Below are positions 19,606 to 29,280 of a DNA stretch of 64,000 nucleotides, piece after piece. The DNA is from an uncultured Pseudomonadales bacterium (GTDB taxonomy: Bacteria; Patescibacteriota; Microgenomatia; UBA1400; PJMF01). Each line of letters starts with the position of its first letter. Position 1 is the first letter of the stretch. Below the pieces are notes generated by a model. It was not told the origin of the DNA, searched no databases, and worked only from the letters and a program-made list of their open reading frames with translations. The stretch is from the NCBI GenBank assembly GCA_964620965.1, contig CAZUHV010000001.1, forward strand, positions 85,839 through 149,838, read 5' to 3'. The position numbers were made by a program, and so were the translations under genes.

Positions 19606-20978
19606 TAGTTGCCTCCTTTCAAGAATAAACGCATTAACGTTCTAGTAACGAGAACTCCTGTAAAGAGCGATAGTAAGACTCCAATTAATAACGTAATACC
19701 AAAGCCTCTTACCATTCCTCCGCTATTAAGGAACGAGAACTCCATTGGGTTTATTAGAATTAATGAAGTAATAATTGTTGCCAAATTGGCATCTTTAATA
19801 CTATCCCATGCACGACCAAAGCCAAGCTCTAAAGCAACATTGAATGGCTTATTAAGTCGCAACTCCTCTTTCATTCTTTCAAAAATTAAAATGTTAGCGT
19901 CAACAGCCATACCTACAGACAATAATAATCCAGCAATACCTGGCAAAGTAAGTGTTACCCCAATTACTTTATACACAGCAATTGTGAGGACTGCATAAAT
20001 CATAAGTGCAATACTCGCAATAAAACCCTTAGTTCCATAGTACAAAATCATAAATAACATGACTAAAGCTATTCCAACAACTCCTGCAAACATGCTTTTT
20101 TCCACAGACTCTTTTCCAAGAGTTGCATTTACATTTCTTTGTTCCAAAACTTTAATTGGCACTGGTAATGCTCCTGCATTCAGTTGAATCTTCAAATTTT
20201 GGGCTTCTTCATAGGTAAATCCACCAGTAATAGTTGCTTGACCGGTAACAATTGCATCTTGAATTGTTGGAGCCATAATTGGGTATCCGTCAATCAAAAT
20301 GGCAAGCTGTTCCCCGACATGTTGTGTTGTGATATCTGCAAATAACTGTCTTCCTTCATCATTAAACTCTATAGCAACTAAAGGTTCACCTGTATTTTGA
20401 TCTGATTGAACAACAGCTCTTTTTAGCTGTGCACCAGATAAACCTGTTGGAACTAAAACTGCTTGCGCCGCTGATGTAGCCTCTTGATCACCTTCTGCAG
20501 GTATCTCAATCTGTTCTATACCGACAAGTTGAAACTCAAGCTGAGCAGTTTGTCCGACTAACAATAATGCATCTTCAGGATTATCAATACCAGGAAGCTC
20601 TACAACAATCCTATACCCACCGTCTTTTACTAAAGTTTTAACTGTTGGTTCTGCTAATCCATATAAATCAACGCGCCTCAAAATAATTTCTCGAGCAGAA
20701 GCCAAAGCTTCTTCTCTATCTTCTTGCGCAATAGCACTCATATCAGCTTCTAAAACAATCTGAATTCCACCTTGAATGTCTAGTCCACGCTTCAGCTCGA
20801 ATTCTTTATGATAGTTTTTGCCAAACAAGTCAAAGTTAATTACAGGACTGCGCAATGTATATGAAACATCCATATTAAACAACGAAAAAGAAAGAGGTAA
20901 TTCTTTTGGCAAGGCAATAAGTCCTGCAACAACTACCAAAACCACTATAAGAAAAAAACGATTGAGATGCTTTTTCAT
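19605..20978 (-). CDS. secD: Protein translocase subunit SecD
   Basis: GLDIQGG, GALPVP, GMAVDANILIFER, DAN. Confidence 0.95.
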   Translation of the reverse strand: MKKHLNRFFLIVVLVVVAGLIALPKELPLSFSLFNMDVSYTLRSPVINFDLFGKNYHKEFELKRGLDIQGGIQIVLEADMSAIAQEDREEALASAREIILRRVDLYGLAEPTVKTLVKDGGYRIVVELPGIDNPEDALLLVGQTAQLEFQLVGIEQIEIPAEGDQEATSAAQAVLVPTGLSGAQLKRAVVQSDQNTGEPLVAIEFNDEGRQLFADITTQHVGEQLAILIDGYPIMAPTIQDAIVTGQATITGGFTYEEAQNLKIQLNAGALPVPIKVLEQRNVNATLGKESVEKSMFAGVVGIALVMLFMILYYGTKGFIASIALMIYAVLTIAVYKVIGVTLTLPGIAGLLLSVGMAVDANILIFERMKEELRLNKPFNVALELGFGRAWDSIKDANLATIITSLILINPMEFSFLNSGGMVRGFGITLLIGVLLSLFTGVLVTRTLMRLFLKGGN

Positions 20979-20996
20979 CTTAAATAAACCTTCTCT

Positions 20997-21596
20997 CTAA
21001 AGTCCAGGCAGATTCTTTTCAACAAACTCTTCTTCACTTCCAATGATCATGACACGACTTCCATACAAAACATCCATGATAAATGGGTCACGGCGTGTTT
21101 TTCTAAAATCAAACTCATCATCACTAAAAACCGCATAGTTAATTTCACGTTCAAGTCGTTTTTCCTCTTGTTTGACGAGGTCTTCAAGTTCTGGTAAAAC
21201 AATATCTCCAACAACAAGAAGATCGAGCTCATTGTGTCTTGGAGGTAAACCTTTAATAAATCGGGCAGAAAACATCACAAATGAAACAGTTCCAAGTTTT
21301 CTTCTTGCTTTTCTAATCTTATTTCCTAAACCTGTGCTTTTTGCAACCATTTGCTGGAGTTCTTGGAAAAATAGGTATTTTGTATTTAAAGAATAATAGA
21401 GTCTATTTCCTCTTTGCTCACTCTTTAAAATTCCAGCAGCAAGCATTCTGTCAAGCTCTCGACGAACAGCATTTATTTCTTCTTTAACTTCTCTAGTTAT
21501 TTCACGAACATAATACATTTCATTTTGGTTGTTAAAAAATAGCTCAACCATCTTGACGCGAACCTTAGAGATCATGAAGTCTTTTAAGCTATTCAT
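20997..21596 (-). CDS. wHTH transcriptional regulator fused to a degenerate nucleotidyltransferase fold
   Basis: YYVREITR..INAVRRELDRM..GIL..GNRLYY HTH; ELDLLVVGD NTase-like strand. Confidence 0.7.
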   Translation of the reverse strand: MNSLKDFMISKVRVKMVELFFNNQNEMYYVREITREVKEEINAVRRELDRMLAAGILKSEQRGNRLYYSLNTKYLFFQELQQMVAKSTGLGNKIRKARRKLGTVSFVMFSARFIKGLPPRHNELDLLVVGDIVLPELEDLVKQEEKRLEREINYAVFSDDEFDFRKTRRDPFIMDVLYGSRVMIIGSEEEFVEKNLPGL

Positions 21597-21600
21597 AGTT

Positions 21601-22827
21601 TTAGTATGTTACCTCTGTATCCGTATCTACTACTGAGATCCAAGTTAATCCTCTTGCAAACTTAATCTCTTCACCTTTTCTGTCTGTAAAGGTGAGCTCA
21701 GATTCTCTCGTTTTCTTGGTCCAAGTTGCTTTTACCACATCTCCATTCATGAAAACAAGTGCATTTCCTGTACCAGTAGTTGTATACAACATATGTTTTA
21801 ACTCATCAATAGGACCTTTTTCTGTTGTTAAGAGCACAATCACATTTGAAGCCTCGATTTGTTTGTCGTTATTTAAGTCTAAATGTGGTTCTCCAGCCAT
21901 TACACGTTTGTATGTGTTTGCTTCTGGAACATATTGCCACTCAACACCATACTCGCTCCACCCATCCCAAAATTCATAACTAATATTTGTTGTTGTACCA
22001 ACAGTTGGAACTGCATCTTGGAATGACCATCCCTTATAGGTTTCATTCCAGTCATCTCCACCAACAGTCGTTCGACCAATTTTTCTTTCTGGAGCAATAT
22101 TTGTCCAATCTCTATCTTCTGCTACTTCCCAAAGTAATTCTGTTGTTGTTTCCATTGTGTGTTCTGTTGCAACATCTCTTCCAACTCTATTTGCATTTCT
22201 TACAAAAGTTGGGTATCCAATAGAAAACTGATTTAAATCGTTTTCTAAATTCCAACCATAACTTGCAAGTTGACCCAATGCATCTGCTGGACCAGGCAAA
22301 TTAGCCCCACCAACGTGAACATAGAGTGGATAGTTGAATCCAGATGCCCAATCAATAAAGTAAGTTCTTGCTGATCTAACTGGAGCAATAACTGTGTCAT
22401 ATCTTTGAACTCCACAGTAGAACATACCCATAAATCTTGTTACCCCACCTTCTGCTAGGGCTTCGAAAACAATATCTGCATCACTTAAACCAGAATGTGG
22501 TCTGGCATCAGGAGAGTTTTCAATCATAACTGCAAGAGGGCGCCTTTTAGCCCATGCTTGCATTTCTGTCTTTGTATACAATTTACCATTCAAAGGACAT
22601 TCTTGATCCTTAGCTTCAGAAGGATCAATTTGTAGAATTTGAGCTAATTTTGTTTGTTCCTCTTCTACTAGATCATCTGTTGTTTTTTTATTTCCGTCTG
22701 AAACCAAGATATCTTGAATGAAGCTTGAGTTCGCAAATGATGAAAACACTGCATAAGAAAGTACTGAGGAAGCTACATATATCCCAAGTGTAAATAATAA
22801 GATTGTTTTATTCATTATTCCTTTCAA
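21601..22827 (-). CDS. DUF3048 (YerB-like) membrane-anchored protein
   Basis: RPLAVMIEN...ARPHSGL..ADIVFE..AEGGVTRF, PVRSAR. Confidence 0.85.
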   Translation of the reverse strand: MKGIMNKTILLFTLGIYVASSVLSYAVFSSFANSSFIQDILVSDGNKKTTDDLVEEEQTKLAQILQIDPSEAKDQECPLNGKLYTKTEMQAWAKRRPLAVMIENSPDARPHSGLSDADIVFEALAEGGVTRFMGMFYCGVQRYDTVIAPVRSARTYFIDWASGFNYPLYVHVGGANLPGPADALGQLASYGWNLENDLNQFSIGYPTFVRNANRVGRDVATEHTMETTTELLWEVAEDRDWTNIAPERKIGRTTVGGDDWNETYKGWSFQDAVPTVGTTTNISYEFWDGWSEYGVEWQYVPEANTYKRVMAGEPHLDLNNDKQIEASNVIVLLTTEKGPIDELKHMLYTTTGTGNALVFMNGDVVKATWTKKTRESELTFTDRKGEEIKFARGLTWISVVDTDTEVTY

Positions 22828-22846
22828 AATAAACCGAAGTCACAGT

Positions 22847-23095
22847 CTACCTCATATATATAAATATGGAAAGTAAGACAATAAAGACCAATACCGTAAC
22901 AACTAACGTTTTTAGTAAATCCTTATATAATAATTTTACCTGAGACTGCGTAAAAATTGTAGTTTTAATTTTTTGTTTTGGCTGTTCTAAAACAATTGGC
23001 TCCCTATTTTCAGATACAGAAACAGTTGTTTGAGCAGCTACCTTTACTCTGGAATCTGATTGTTTCTTTTGTTTTTTTGTTTTTTTTCTAGCCAT
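22847..23095 (-). CDS. Small membrane protein, basic N-terminus
   Basis: ORF coupled to rseP; single C-terminal TM. Confidence 0.7.
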   Translation of the reverse strand: MARKKTKKQKKQSDSRVKVAAQTTVSVSENREPIVLEQPKQKIKTTIFTQSQVKLLYKDLLKTLVVTVLVFIVLLSIFIYMR

Positions 23096-24215
23096 AAATA
23101 ATCCTCAGTACGTCTTTTATTGTAATCACTACAATAAGCCCAAGTAAAAGTATATACCCACCGTAATTAAAAATGTACTCAATTTTTTTAGTTCGTTTCT
23201 TTGTTAATAAAGACTCCAAGATAACAAAAACTGCTCTTCCACCATCTAACGGAGGAAATGGTAATACATTCATCACCGCTAGATTGATAGAAAGCATTCC
23301 TGTGAATGATAATACTGTTACCCAACCTTCTTCAAAAATTCCTGTGCTTTGGGCCTGATGTACAATCCCAATTGGACCTGCAACATCTTGAGGGATTTTG
23401 CCTCTAGTAAAAAGATCTGTCAAAATTCCACTAAAAGCTTGCACAATCTGCCAACCAAGTAAGAATGCTTGTTCAATACCATACACAGCACTTCGTAGTG
23501 GCATTTCTAGTGGTGGATAGAATGCAAAAACTACTGAATCAAATGCAATTCCCATTGCACCTTCATTTTCTGGGGTTTCTGCTTCTGTTCTCACATAAAT
23601 TTGATATTCATGCTTTTCATCAAGACATATTTTTTGTTCGCAAGCACCTGTTGTTACCAGAGTAACTGTTTCTCCTCTGTACTCATAAACAGCATTAATT
23701 ACTTCTTCTGGAGTAGATACGACAAATTCTTCTTCTCCATGTTTAATTGCAGTTATATTCACGTTTGTTGGTAGACCTGCTTGAGCTGCTGGAGAATTTT
23801 CAACAATAATACCAACCCTTGCTTCTGTAATTTGTTCTGGGATTCCCATTTTCGAAAAAATAATTGTAAAAGCTATCACTCCAAAAACAAAATTAACTGT
23901 TGCTCCTGCAAGAATAATCACTAACTTTTGATAGGTTGTTGCCTGATAAAACTGTCCAGTTTTATGCGCTTTTTTTTCCTTATCTTCAGTTTCTTCAGCA
24001 GGTTCTTCACCTTGCATTCGAACAAATCCACCAAAAGGAATCCAGTTTATTGTAAAATCTGTCCCTTTCCATCTAAAAAGCTTAAGTGCTTTTGGAGGAT
24101 ATCCCAAACCAAATTCATCTGCTTTTACTTTTGCCCACTTCGCTGCAAAAAAATGCCCAAGCTCATGGATAATTACAAGAAATGAAAGAATTAAAATGAA
24201 AACAAGTGCGCTCAT
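23088..24215 (-). CDS. rseP: RIP metalloprotease RseP (M50) with PDZ-like domain
   Basis: HELGH, GGFVRM, NVLPFPPLDGG. Confidence 0.93.
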   Translation of the reverse strand: MSALVFILILSFLVIIHELGHFFAAKWAKVKADEFGLGYPPKALKLFRWKGTDFTINWIPFGGFVRMQGEEPAEETEDKEKKAHKTGQFYQATTYQKLVIILAGATVNFVFGVIAFTIIFSKMGIPEQITEARVGIIVENSPAAQAGLPTNVNITAIKHGEEEFVVSTPEEVINAVYEYRGETVTLVTTGACEQKICLDEKHEYQIYVRTEAETPENEGAMGIAFDSVVFAFYPPLEMPLRSAVYGIEQAFLLGWQIVQAFSGILTDLFTRGKIPQDVAGPIGIVHQAQSTGIFEEGWVTVLSFTGMLSINLAVMNVLPFPPLDGGRAVFVILESLLTKKRTKKIEYIFNYGGYILLLGLIVVITIKDVLRIIYG

Positions 24216-24236
24216 AAGTGTACCTAAAACCGTATT

Positions 24237-24791
24237 TTATATAGTTAATAAATCTTTTTCTTTTTTAGCAGAAATCTCATCTAGCTTGGTCATGTATTCT
24301 TTTAAAATTTCATCCAAATTGTGTAGATCTGCTTTGATGTCATCTTCACTCACGCCCTCTGAACCTTTTTGAGCTTCAATATCTCTCTTGCCATCGGCTC
24401 TAATGCTACGAAGCATAACCCTGCCATTTTCAATCTTTTTTTGAAGAACTTTAACCATTTCTCTTCTTTTTTCTTCTGTGAGAGGAGCAATCTTTATTCT
24501 AATAATGTCTCCATCAACAACAGGATTTAAGTTAAGGTCCGCAGTTGCAATAGCGCGCTCAATATTTGCAAGAATTGATTTATCCCAAGGGCTTACTGTG
24601 AGCAATGTTGCATCTGGAGCCTGAACAGTTGCAAGTTCTGCAATTCTCATTCTCGTTCCATATGCTTCAACCATAACAGGGTCAAGTAATTGCACAGTTG
24701 CTTTTCCTGTTCTTAATGATGAGATATCTCTGGTAACGTGGTCAACTGCTTTCTCAAGCTTTTCTCTGACCTCTGAAAAATTAAATGCCAT
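24237..24791 (-). CDS. frr: Ribosome recycling factor
   Basis: LRTGKA, PLTEEKR, SEDD; 184 aa. Confidence 0.96.
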   Translation of the reverse strand: MAFNFSEVREKLEKAVDHVTRDISSLRTGKATVQLLDPVMVEAYGTRMRIAELATVQAPDATLLTVSPWDKSILANIERAIATADLNLNPVVDGDIIRIKIAPLTEEKRREMVKVLQKKIENGRVMLRSIRADGKRDIEAQKGSEGVSEDDIKADLHNLDEILKEYMTKLDEISAKKEKDLLTI

Positions 24792-24893
24792 ATTAGCTTT
24801 CTAAGTAAAAACTTTTTGTTTTTCTAACAAGTCCTTATTGTAACAAAATTTGTATCCGGATGGTAGAAGCGATATACTACAATACATAAAGCT

Positions 24894-25745
24894 ATGAATA
24901 TAAAAACATTTTTCAACACAATACAACAACCTTTTGTAAATTTTGATTACTATAAAAAGTCGATTCATACTCCAATTTCCCAAGCACTCTTAACTTTTTT
25001 CGGATTTTTATTTTTAATGGCCACAATTTCTGGATTTTATTTCGTAAAGACTCAGTTACCTGGAATGGTGAGCTCTACAGAATCTGTAATTACAGAAGCA
25101 CAAACTCATTACCCAGAAGATTTAGAGATTAAGTGGGATGGGACTGAGTTGGATGCAAATAGAGAAACTTTTGAAATCTATTGGCCAAATAACCTCAATG
25201 AACAAAGCCCAACTATCCCAAAGAAATTAGTACTTTTTAAAAATTCCCAAGAAACTCCAGATGAATTAGGCATTGATACTCACGAATATTTATTTTTTAT
25301 AAATAAATCGAGTATGTACCACGTCTCGGAAGAAGAAAATCAAGTCTGGGTACAACAAAATCTTTCTGAACTTTCGGAAGCTGATATGCCATTTACACTT
25401 ACCAAAGAAGTTGTGAATACTACTGCAGAACAAGTGCTTAATTTAATAGAAACAAAGTACAAAAATATAGAGCTTGGAGCTTTTCTTATTTTGGCACTTC
25501 TATTTGTGAGTAGCAAAATTTGGTTTTTAGCTATCGAAACCTTGTTTGTGATCTTGGTGTTCAAACTATATTCCATTGCAATTTCAACAAAGCAAACACT
25601 TTCATTAACGCTACACGTTATGATTCCAACAGTTGTAGTAAACACAATTGCAGAGTTACTCTATGGAAATATCACAATTCCACTACAAACAATTACCTTT
25701 TGGATTTTGATTATTATAATCAGTTTCCAATTGAAGAAAAAATAA
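24894..25745 (+). CDS. Membrane protein, DUF1189-like
   Basis: N-terminal TM, extracytoplasmic domain, three C-terminal TMs. Confidence 0.6.
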   Translation: MNIKTFFNTIQQPFVNFDYYKKSIHTPISQALLTFFGFLFLMATISGFYFVKTQLPGMVSSTESVITEAQTHYPEDLEIKWDGTELDANRETFEIYWPNNLNEQSPTIPKKLVLFKNSQETPDELGIDTHEYLFFINKSSMYHVSEEENQVWVQQNLSELSEADMPFTLTKEVVNTTAEQVLNLIETKYKNIELGAFLILALLFVSSKIWFLAIETLFVILVFKLYSIAISTKQTLSLTLHVMIPTVVVNTIAELLYGNITIPLQTITFWILIIIISFQLKKK

Positions 25746-25767
25746 TAATTTTGAAAAAAAGGCAGTA

Positions 25768-25797
25768 AAAAGGGGCGTTATTACTAACGCCCCTTTT
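25768..25797. terminator. Bidirectional intrinsic terminator
   Basis: Perfect AAAAGGGGCGTTA-TTAC-TAACGCCCCTTTT between convergent genes. Confidence 0.85.
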
Positions 25798-25842
25798 CAC
25801 ATTATGCTACAAAAATTTTGAAACTAACGGCCGCGCTTAGGA

Positions 25843-26457
25843 TTATCCTTCGTCTTGCATCGTCATCTCTTCGGAGAGCAAAACGGTAGGGTCTTCCTTG
25901 AAAAGGTCTGCGGCGAATTCAGCCTGGACTTTGTCGGCCTCGGCCTGCGCCAGCAATTCTGCCAGATTGGCAACGGCCGTGCCGCGCTCAACGGTTTCAG
26001 CGCCGAGCAGTTTCCGCAGGTCTTCCAACGACATCCCAGTCAGGCCAGTGAGCCAGCCCAAACCAATCTTGAGTTTCTTCAACTCGCGCTGGGTAGAGCG
26101 AAGCTGTTGTTTGGCTTCCTTGAGTTCATCCGCCAGATCAACGTATTCCGGAATGTCTGCCAAAAAGTCCTGGCGGGTGTAGGTACCCTCAGGCAATTTG
26201 CGGCGGCCGCCTTCAACAGGCAGGCTCTCGGCGACATCCAGGAAAAAGTCAATCAAATCGGTCGCAGGCACTTTTTCCTCAATCACTTGGGAAATCTGGG
26301 GCCAAATCTCGCGCAAGGATTCATCATCCAGGCTGGAGAGATAGGTCACAGTGGCGTTGCGGGCCTCATTCGTCGGCAACATCAACAGCGCCCGGCGTTG
26401 AACCGAAAGAAGGATTTCGTCGCGCATATTGCGGGAGGTAGGAGTCTGATCGTTCAT
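25843..26457 (-). CDS. GC-rich orphan helical/coiled-coil protein
   Basis: ATG with AAAGGTGA SD; GC3-rich codons; terminator downstream. Confidence 0.7.
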   Translation of the reverse strand: MNDQTPTSRNMRDEILLSVQRRALLMLPTNEARNATVTYLSSLDDESLREIWPQISQVIEEKVPATDLIDFFLDVAESLPVEGGRRKLPEGTYTRQDFLADIPEYVDLADELKEAKQQLRSTQRELKKLKIGLGWLTGLTGMSLEDLRKLLGAETVERGTAVANLAELLAQAEADKVQAEFAADLFKEDPTVLLSEEMTMQDEG

Positions 26458-26459
26458 AG

Positions 26460-26810
26460 TTTTGTTTCACCTTTGAAAAAATTTGTGTTGGCCAGCGCTT
26501 AAGGGCGACTGGCATTAGTAAGATATTTTGGGCCCGGCATGTTTTTCATGGGCCCGAACAGGATTTGCCCGGCTTTGATCAGAAGCCGAATGGCGTTCTG
26601 TGGCCTTTTTCTAGAATTGGCACACAGAAGCAAAGACCAACTATAATAATTAGTCTCTCTTTCTGCGGGCCAATCCCACGAAGCAAATTCAAATATCTTA
26701 CAAATCCAAAAGGTAAAACAAATATGTTTCTTTTGTAGTAATAATGTGAATGTGCAGTTGCTAATTCTCTTTTTTTGCCGCATTGGCATGCAAGTTAATT
26801 AACAACAAGA
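26460..26810 (-). ncRNA. Putative long structured 5' leader or ncRNA
   Basis: Series of hairpins (26491-26513, 26530-26555, 26570-26588, 26596-26629, 26634-26656) between a consensus promoter and the ORF. Confidence 0.45.
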
Positions 26811-26815
26811 ATGGT

Positions 26816-26844
26816 ATTCTAACATAAAAATCCTATAGTGTCAA
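26816..26844 (-). promoter_or_regulatory. Consensus sigma70 promoter
   Basis: TTGACA-N17-TAGAAT with extended TGn on the minus strand. Confidence 0.75.
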
Positions 26845-26976
26845 TAGTTTAAGTTATTAAGATATCAATTGTTAAAAAATTACACATAAAGCCTGGTAGA
26901 AACAGACTTATAACGTTAAAATAAGGAATATATGAAAATTCCCATAACATTAAAATGAAGAATTATTAAGATAAAA

Positions 26977-27360
26977 TTACTTTACTTTAGGGTCTAAACG
27001 AAGCTCTAAATCAACTGGAGGAAATGCCAAATCTTGCTTAGCAGGGTCTGCAATATCCAAAAGTTCTCGTGAATCTTCTATCCTCTGCTGAATCGGACCA
27101 AGTTCATTTGCAACAACTGGATTCGTATCTTCACCTACTTCTTGAGTTGATCCTCTGCCTCTCATTGCCATAACCAAAACTAACAAAAGAATAATAAAGA
27201 TAAAGCCAATAACACCAATTATTATAAAAAGCTTCTTTCTGCTCTTAGGCTTTTGCTCTAAATCTTCCGGCTTATCTTCTCTATATACAGTCTCGTTTTC
27301 AAAGATCGGCTCTTCAAATGAAAACTGTGTTTGGTTGATTGGTATCTCTTGTTCTGCCAT
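26977..27360 (-). CDS. Hypothetical single-pass membrane protein
   Basis: ORF with one TM; operonic with neighbours. Confidence 0.7.
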   Translation of the reverse strand: MAEQEIPINQTQFSFEEPIFENETVYREDKPEDLEQKPKSRKKLFIIIGVIGFIFIILLLVLVMAMRGRGSTQEVGEDTNPVVANELGPIQQRIEDSRELLDIADPAKQDLAFPPVDLELRLDPKVK

Positions 27361-27363
27361 ATG

Positions 27364-28218
27364 TTACAAACTAAGTAGTTCCTCTAAATGATCTAGTGTT
27401 CTAGAAAGGCGAGCATATACTGGGCTCAGGTCTTCTAAAATCCTCTCGTAAAAACCACGTTTAAAACCGTCTCTTCTTGCTACAAGAAAATCTTCATTTA
27501 ACTTTGCTAAGTCTTGATTCGTTACTTTAAAGTCCTTTTCTACCTCTGCGTATGCTCTTTCACGTTTTGCGGTTACAACAGAACTTGCCTCTTCTGAATC
27601 ATGCTCTTTAATAATATCTGCTTCAATAATTTCTGCTTTATCTTGCACTTCTTGAATTTTTCCAATTCTTATTAAAGAAAGAGTTTTATAAACTAAACTC
27701 TCATACTGAATCGCCACTGGCTCAAAATCATCTGCTAGCAAAGCCATAGCTGGTCTATCCTTTGCGACTTGAACATTCTCTTGGTGAATTTTTAAAAGAT
27801 TAATCATTCCAACCAGCTCTGAGTGTGTTTGCTCTTTGATGTCTAGTTCAATACCATTGGTTTCTACAAGAACCGCGTCAATAAGTTCTGCATAGGTAAT
27901 CATGACTCTCAAGCGATCTGCCATTACAGTTCGTGTTGCATTTACTGCTTCCTCTAGCGCTGCCAAAGTCTGAACCTGCTCATGATTAGTTTTTGCAATA
28001 GAAAAATCCTTCTCAGATTTTCTATATACTTCAACTTGGTCACGATACAAAATACGTAGTTGCCTAATCTTTTCTGTTTCTCTTTCTTTAGTGAAAATCT
28101 GTGTCGTTGCCTCTGAGGTTGCTGTCGCTTCTGCTGTTGCAGTTTCTTGTGCAAAAATTGCAGTACCAAAAAAAGAACCTAAAATAACGAGTAGTAAAGC
28201 AATAAATATTTTTTTCAC
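27364..28218 (-). CDS. Hypothetical secreted alpha-helical protein
   Basis: Signal peptide (..AIFA-QE), Thr/Ala/Glu linker, coiled-coil. Confidence 0.7.
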   Translation of the reverse strand: MKKIFIALLLVILGSFFGTAIFAQETATAEATATSEATTQIFTKERETEKIRQLRILYRDQVEVYRKSEKDFSIAKTNHEQVQTLAALEEAVNATRTVMADRLRVMITYAELIDAVLVETNGIELDIKEQTHSELVGMINLLKIHQENVQVAKDRPAMALLADDFEPVAIQYESLVYKTLSLIRIGKIQEVQDKAEIIEADIIKEHDSEEASSVVTAKRERAYAEVEKDFKVTNQDLAKLNEDFLVARRDGFKRGFYERILEDLSPVYARLSRTLDHLEELLSL

Positions 28219-28227
28219 AAGTAGTAC

Positions 28228-28950
28228 CTATTTATTAGATGCAAGCTCTCTTTCTCTAGCAAACATGATTGCTTCATGGAGTGACTCAAAAGTACCAGTG
28301 TCAAGCCACTTGCCTTCAACAAACGCAACATCTAATGTTCCTTCTTTTAAGTATACATTATTTAAGTCTGTAATTTCCAACTCACCTCGTGCACTTGGTT
28401 GCAAAGACTTTGCCTTTTGCACAACAGTATTGTCATAAATGTACATACCCGTCACTGCATAATTAGATTTTGGTTCTGCAGGTTTTTCTTCTATTGAAAC
28501 AACCTTGTGATCTGCATCAAACTCAGCAACGCCGAATCTCTCTGGATCTGTCACCTCTTTAATAAAAATACGCCCACCCTTTTGGAAAGATTGAATTGGT
28601 TGTGAAAAATCGTCTTCATATAAGTTATCTCCGAGAATTAAAGTAACGCTGTCATCACCAATGAAGTTTTCTCCAATAATAAATGCTTGGGCTAAACCTT
28701 CTGGCTTATCCTGAATTTCGTAGGTAAACTTACAACCAAACTCTTTACCACTACCAAGTAGTTTCAAAAAATCTCCAGCATGATCTGGAGCAACGATGAT
28801 AAGAATATCCTTAATTCCTGCTTTTAACAAAGTTTCAAGGGGGTAATAAATCATTGGTTTATTATAAATTGGCAGTAACTGCTTGCTTGTAACTTGAGTA
28901 AGAGGTCTTAATCTTGTTCCTGACCCTCCTGCGAGAATAATTCCCTTCAT
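28228..28950 (-). CDS. rfbA: Glucose-1-phosphate thymidylyltransferase (short form)
   Basis: [40 protein letters not shown]. Confidence 0.9.
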   Translation of the reverse strand: MKGIILAGGSGTRLRPLTQVTSKQLLPIYNKPMIYYPLETLLKAGIKDILIIVAPDHAGDFLKLLGSGKEFGCKFTYEIQDKPEGLAQAFIIGENFIGDDSVTLILGDNLYEDDFSQPIQSFQKGGRIFIKEVTDPERFGVAEFDADHKVVSIEEKPAEPKSNYAVTGMYIYDNTVVQKAKSLQPSARGELEITDLNNVYLKEGTLDVAFVEGKWLDTGTFESLHEAIMFARERELASNK

Positions 28951-29022
28951 ATTTGACTCCTTTTTTTATTTTTTACCTGTATTTGATCATCATACTTTGT
29001 ATGATAGGTCCTTAGTGTACCA

Positions 29023-29280
29023 CTAGTTCAATAAAAGTAGTAATAGAGAAATGCCCAAAACTGATACTGCTAAATACTCTAAAACCACATGAGAATTAAT
29101 GTGCTTATTAGTCGTATGTACAACAATTCCCCAAATAAAATAGAATATCCCCATTGCAATTGCTACGATTTTTTGTTGAAAATGATCTGGCCAAACATGC
29201 AAGAAAGTTACCACAAATCCAATCAGAACAAAGAATAATACTATATATGCAATTTTATGATTTCGGATATCTTGTATCAT
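29023..29280 (-). CDS. Small three-TM membrane protein
   Basis: Hydrophobic ORF overlapping the CAP gene stop. Confidence 0.7.
   Translation of the reverse strand: MIQDIRNHKIAYIVLFFVLIGFVVTFLHVWPDHFQQKIVAIAMGIFYFIWGIVVHTTNKHINSHVVLEYLAVSVLGISLLLLLLN

Noticed and set aside
25855-26502. 215-aa plus-strand ORF (and 25898-26182) over the GC-rich gene
   Set aside because: Antisense shadow caused by high GC; the minus ORF has the SD, promoter, terminator and more protein-like composition
26499-26789. 96-aa minus-strand ORF in the structured leader
   Set aside because: No clear SD and odd composition; coincides with hairpins. Not fully excluded as a uORF
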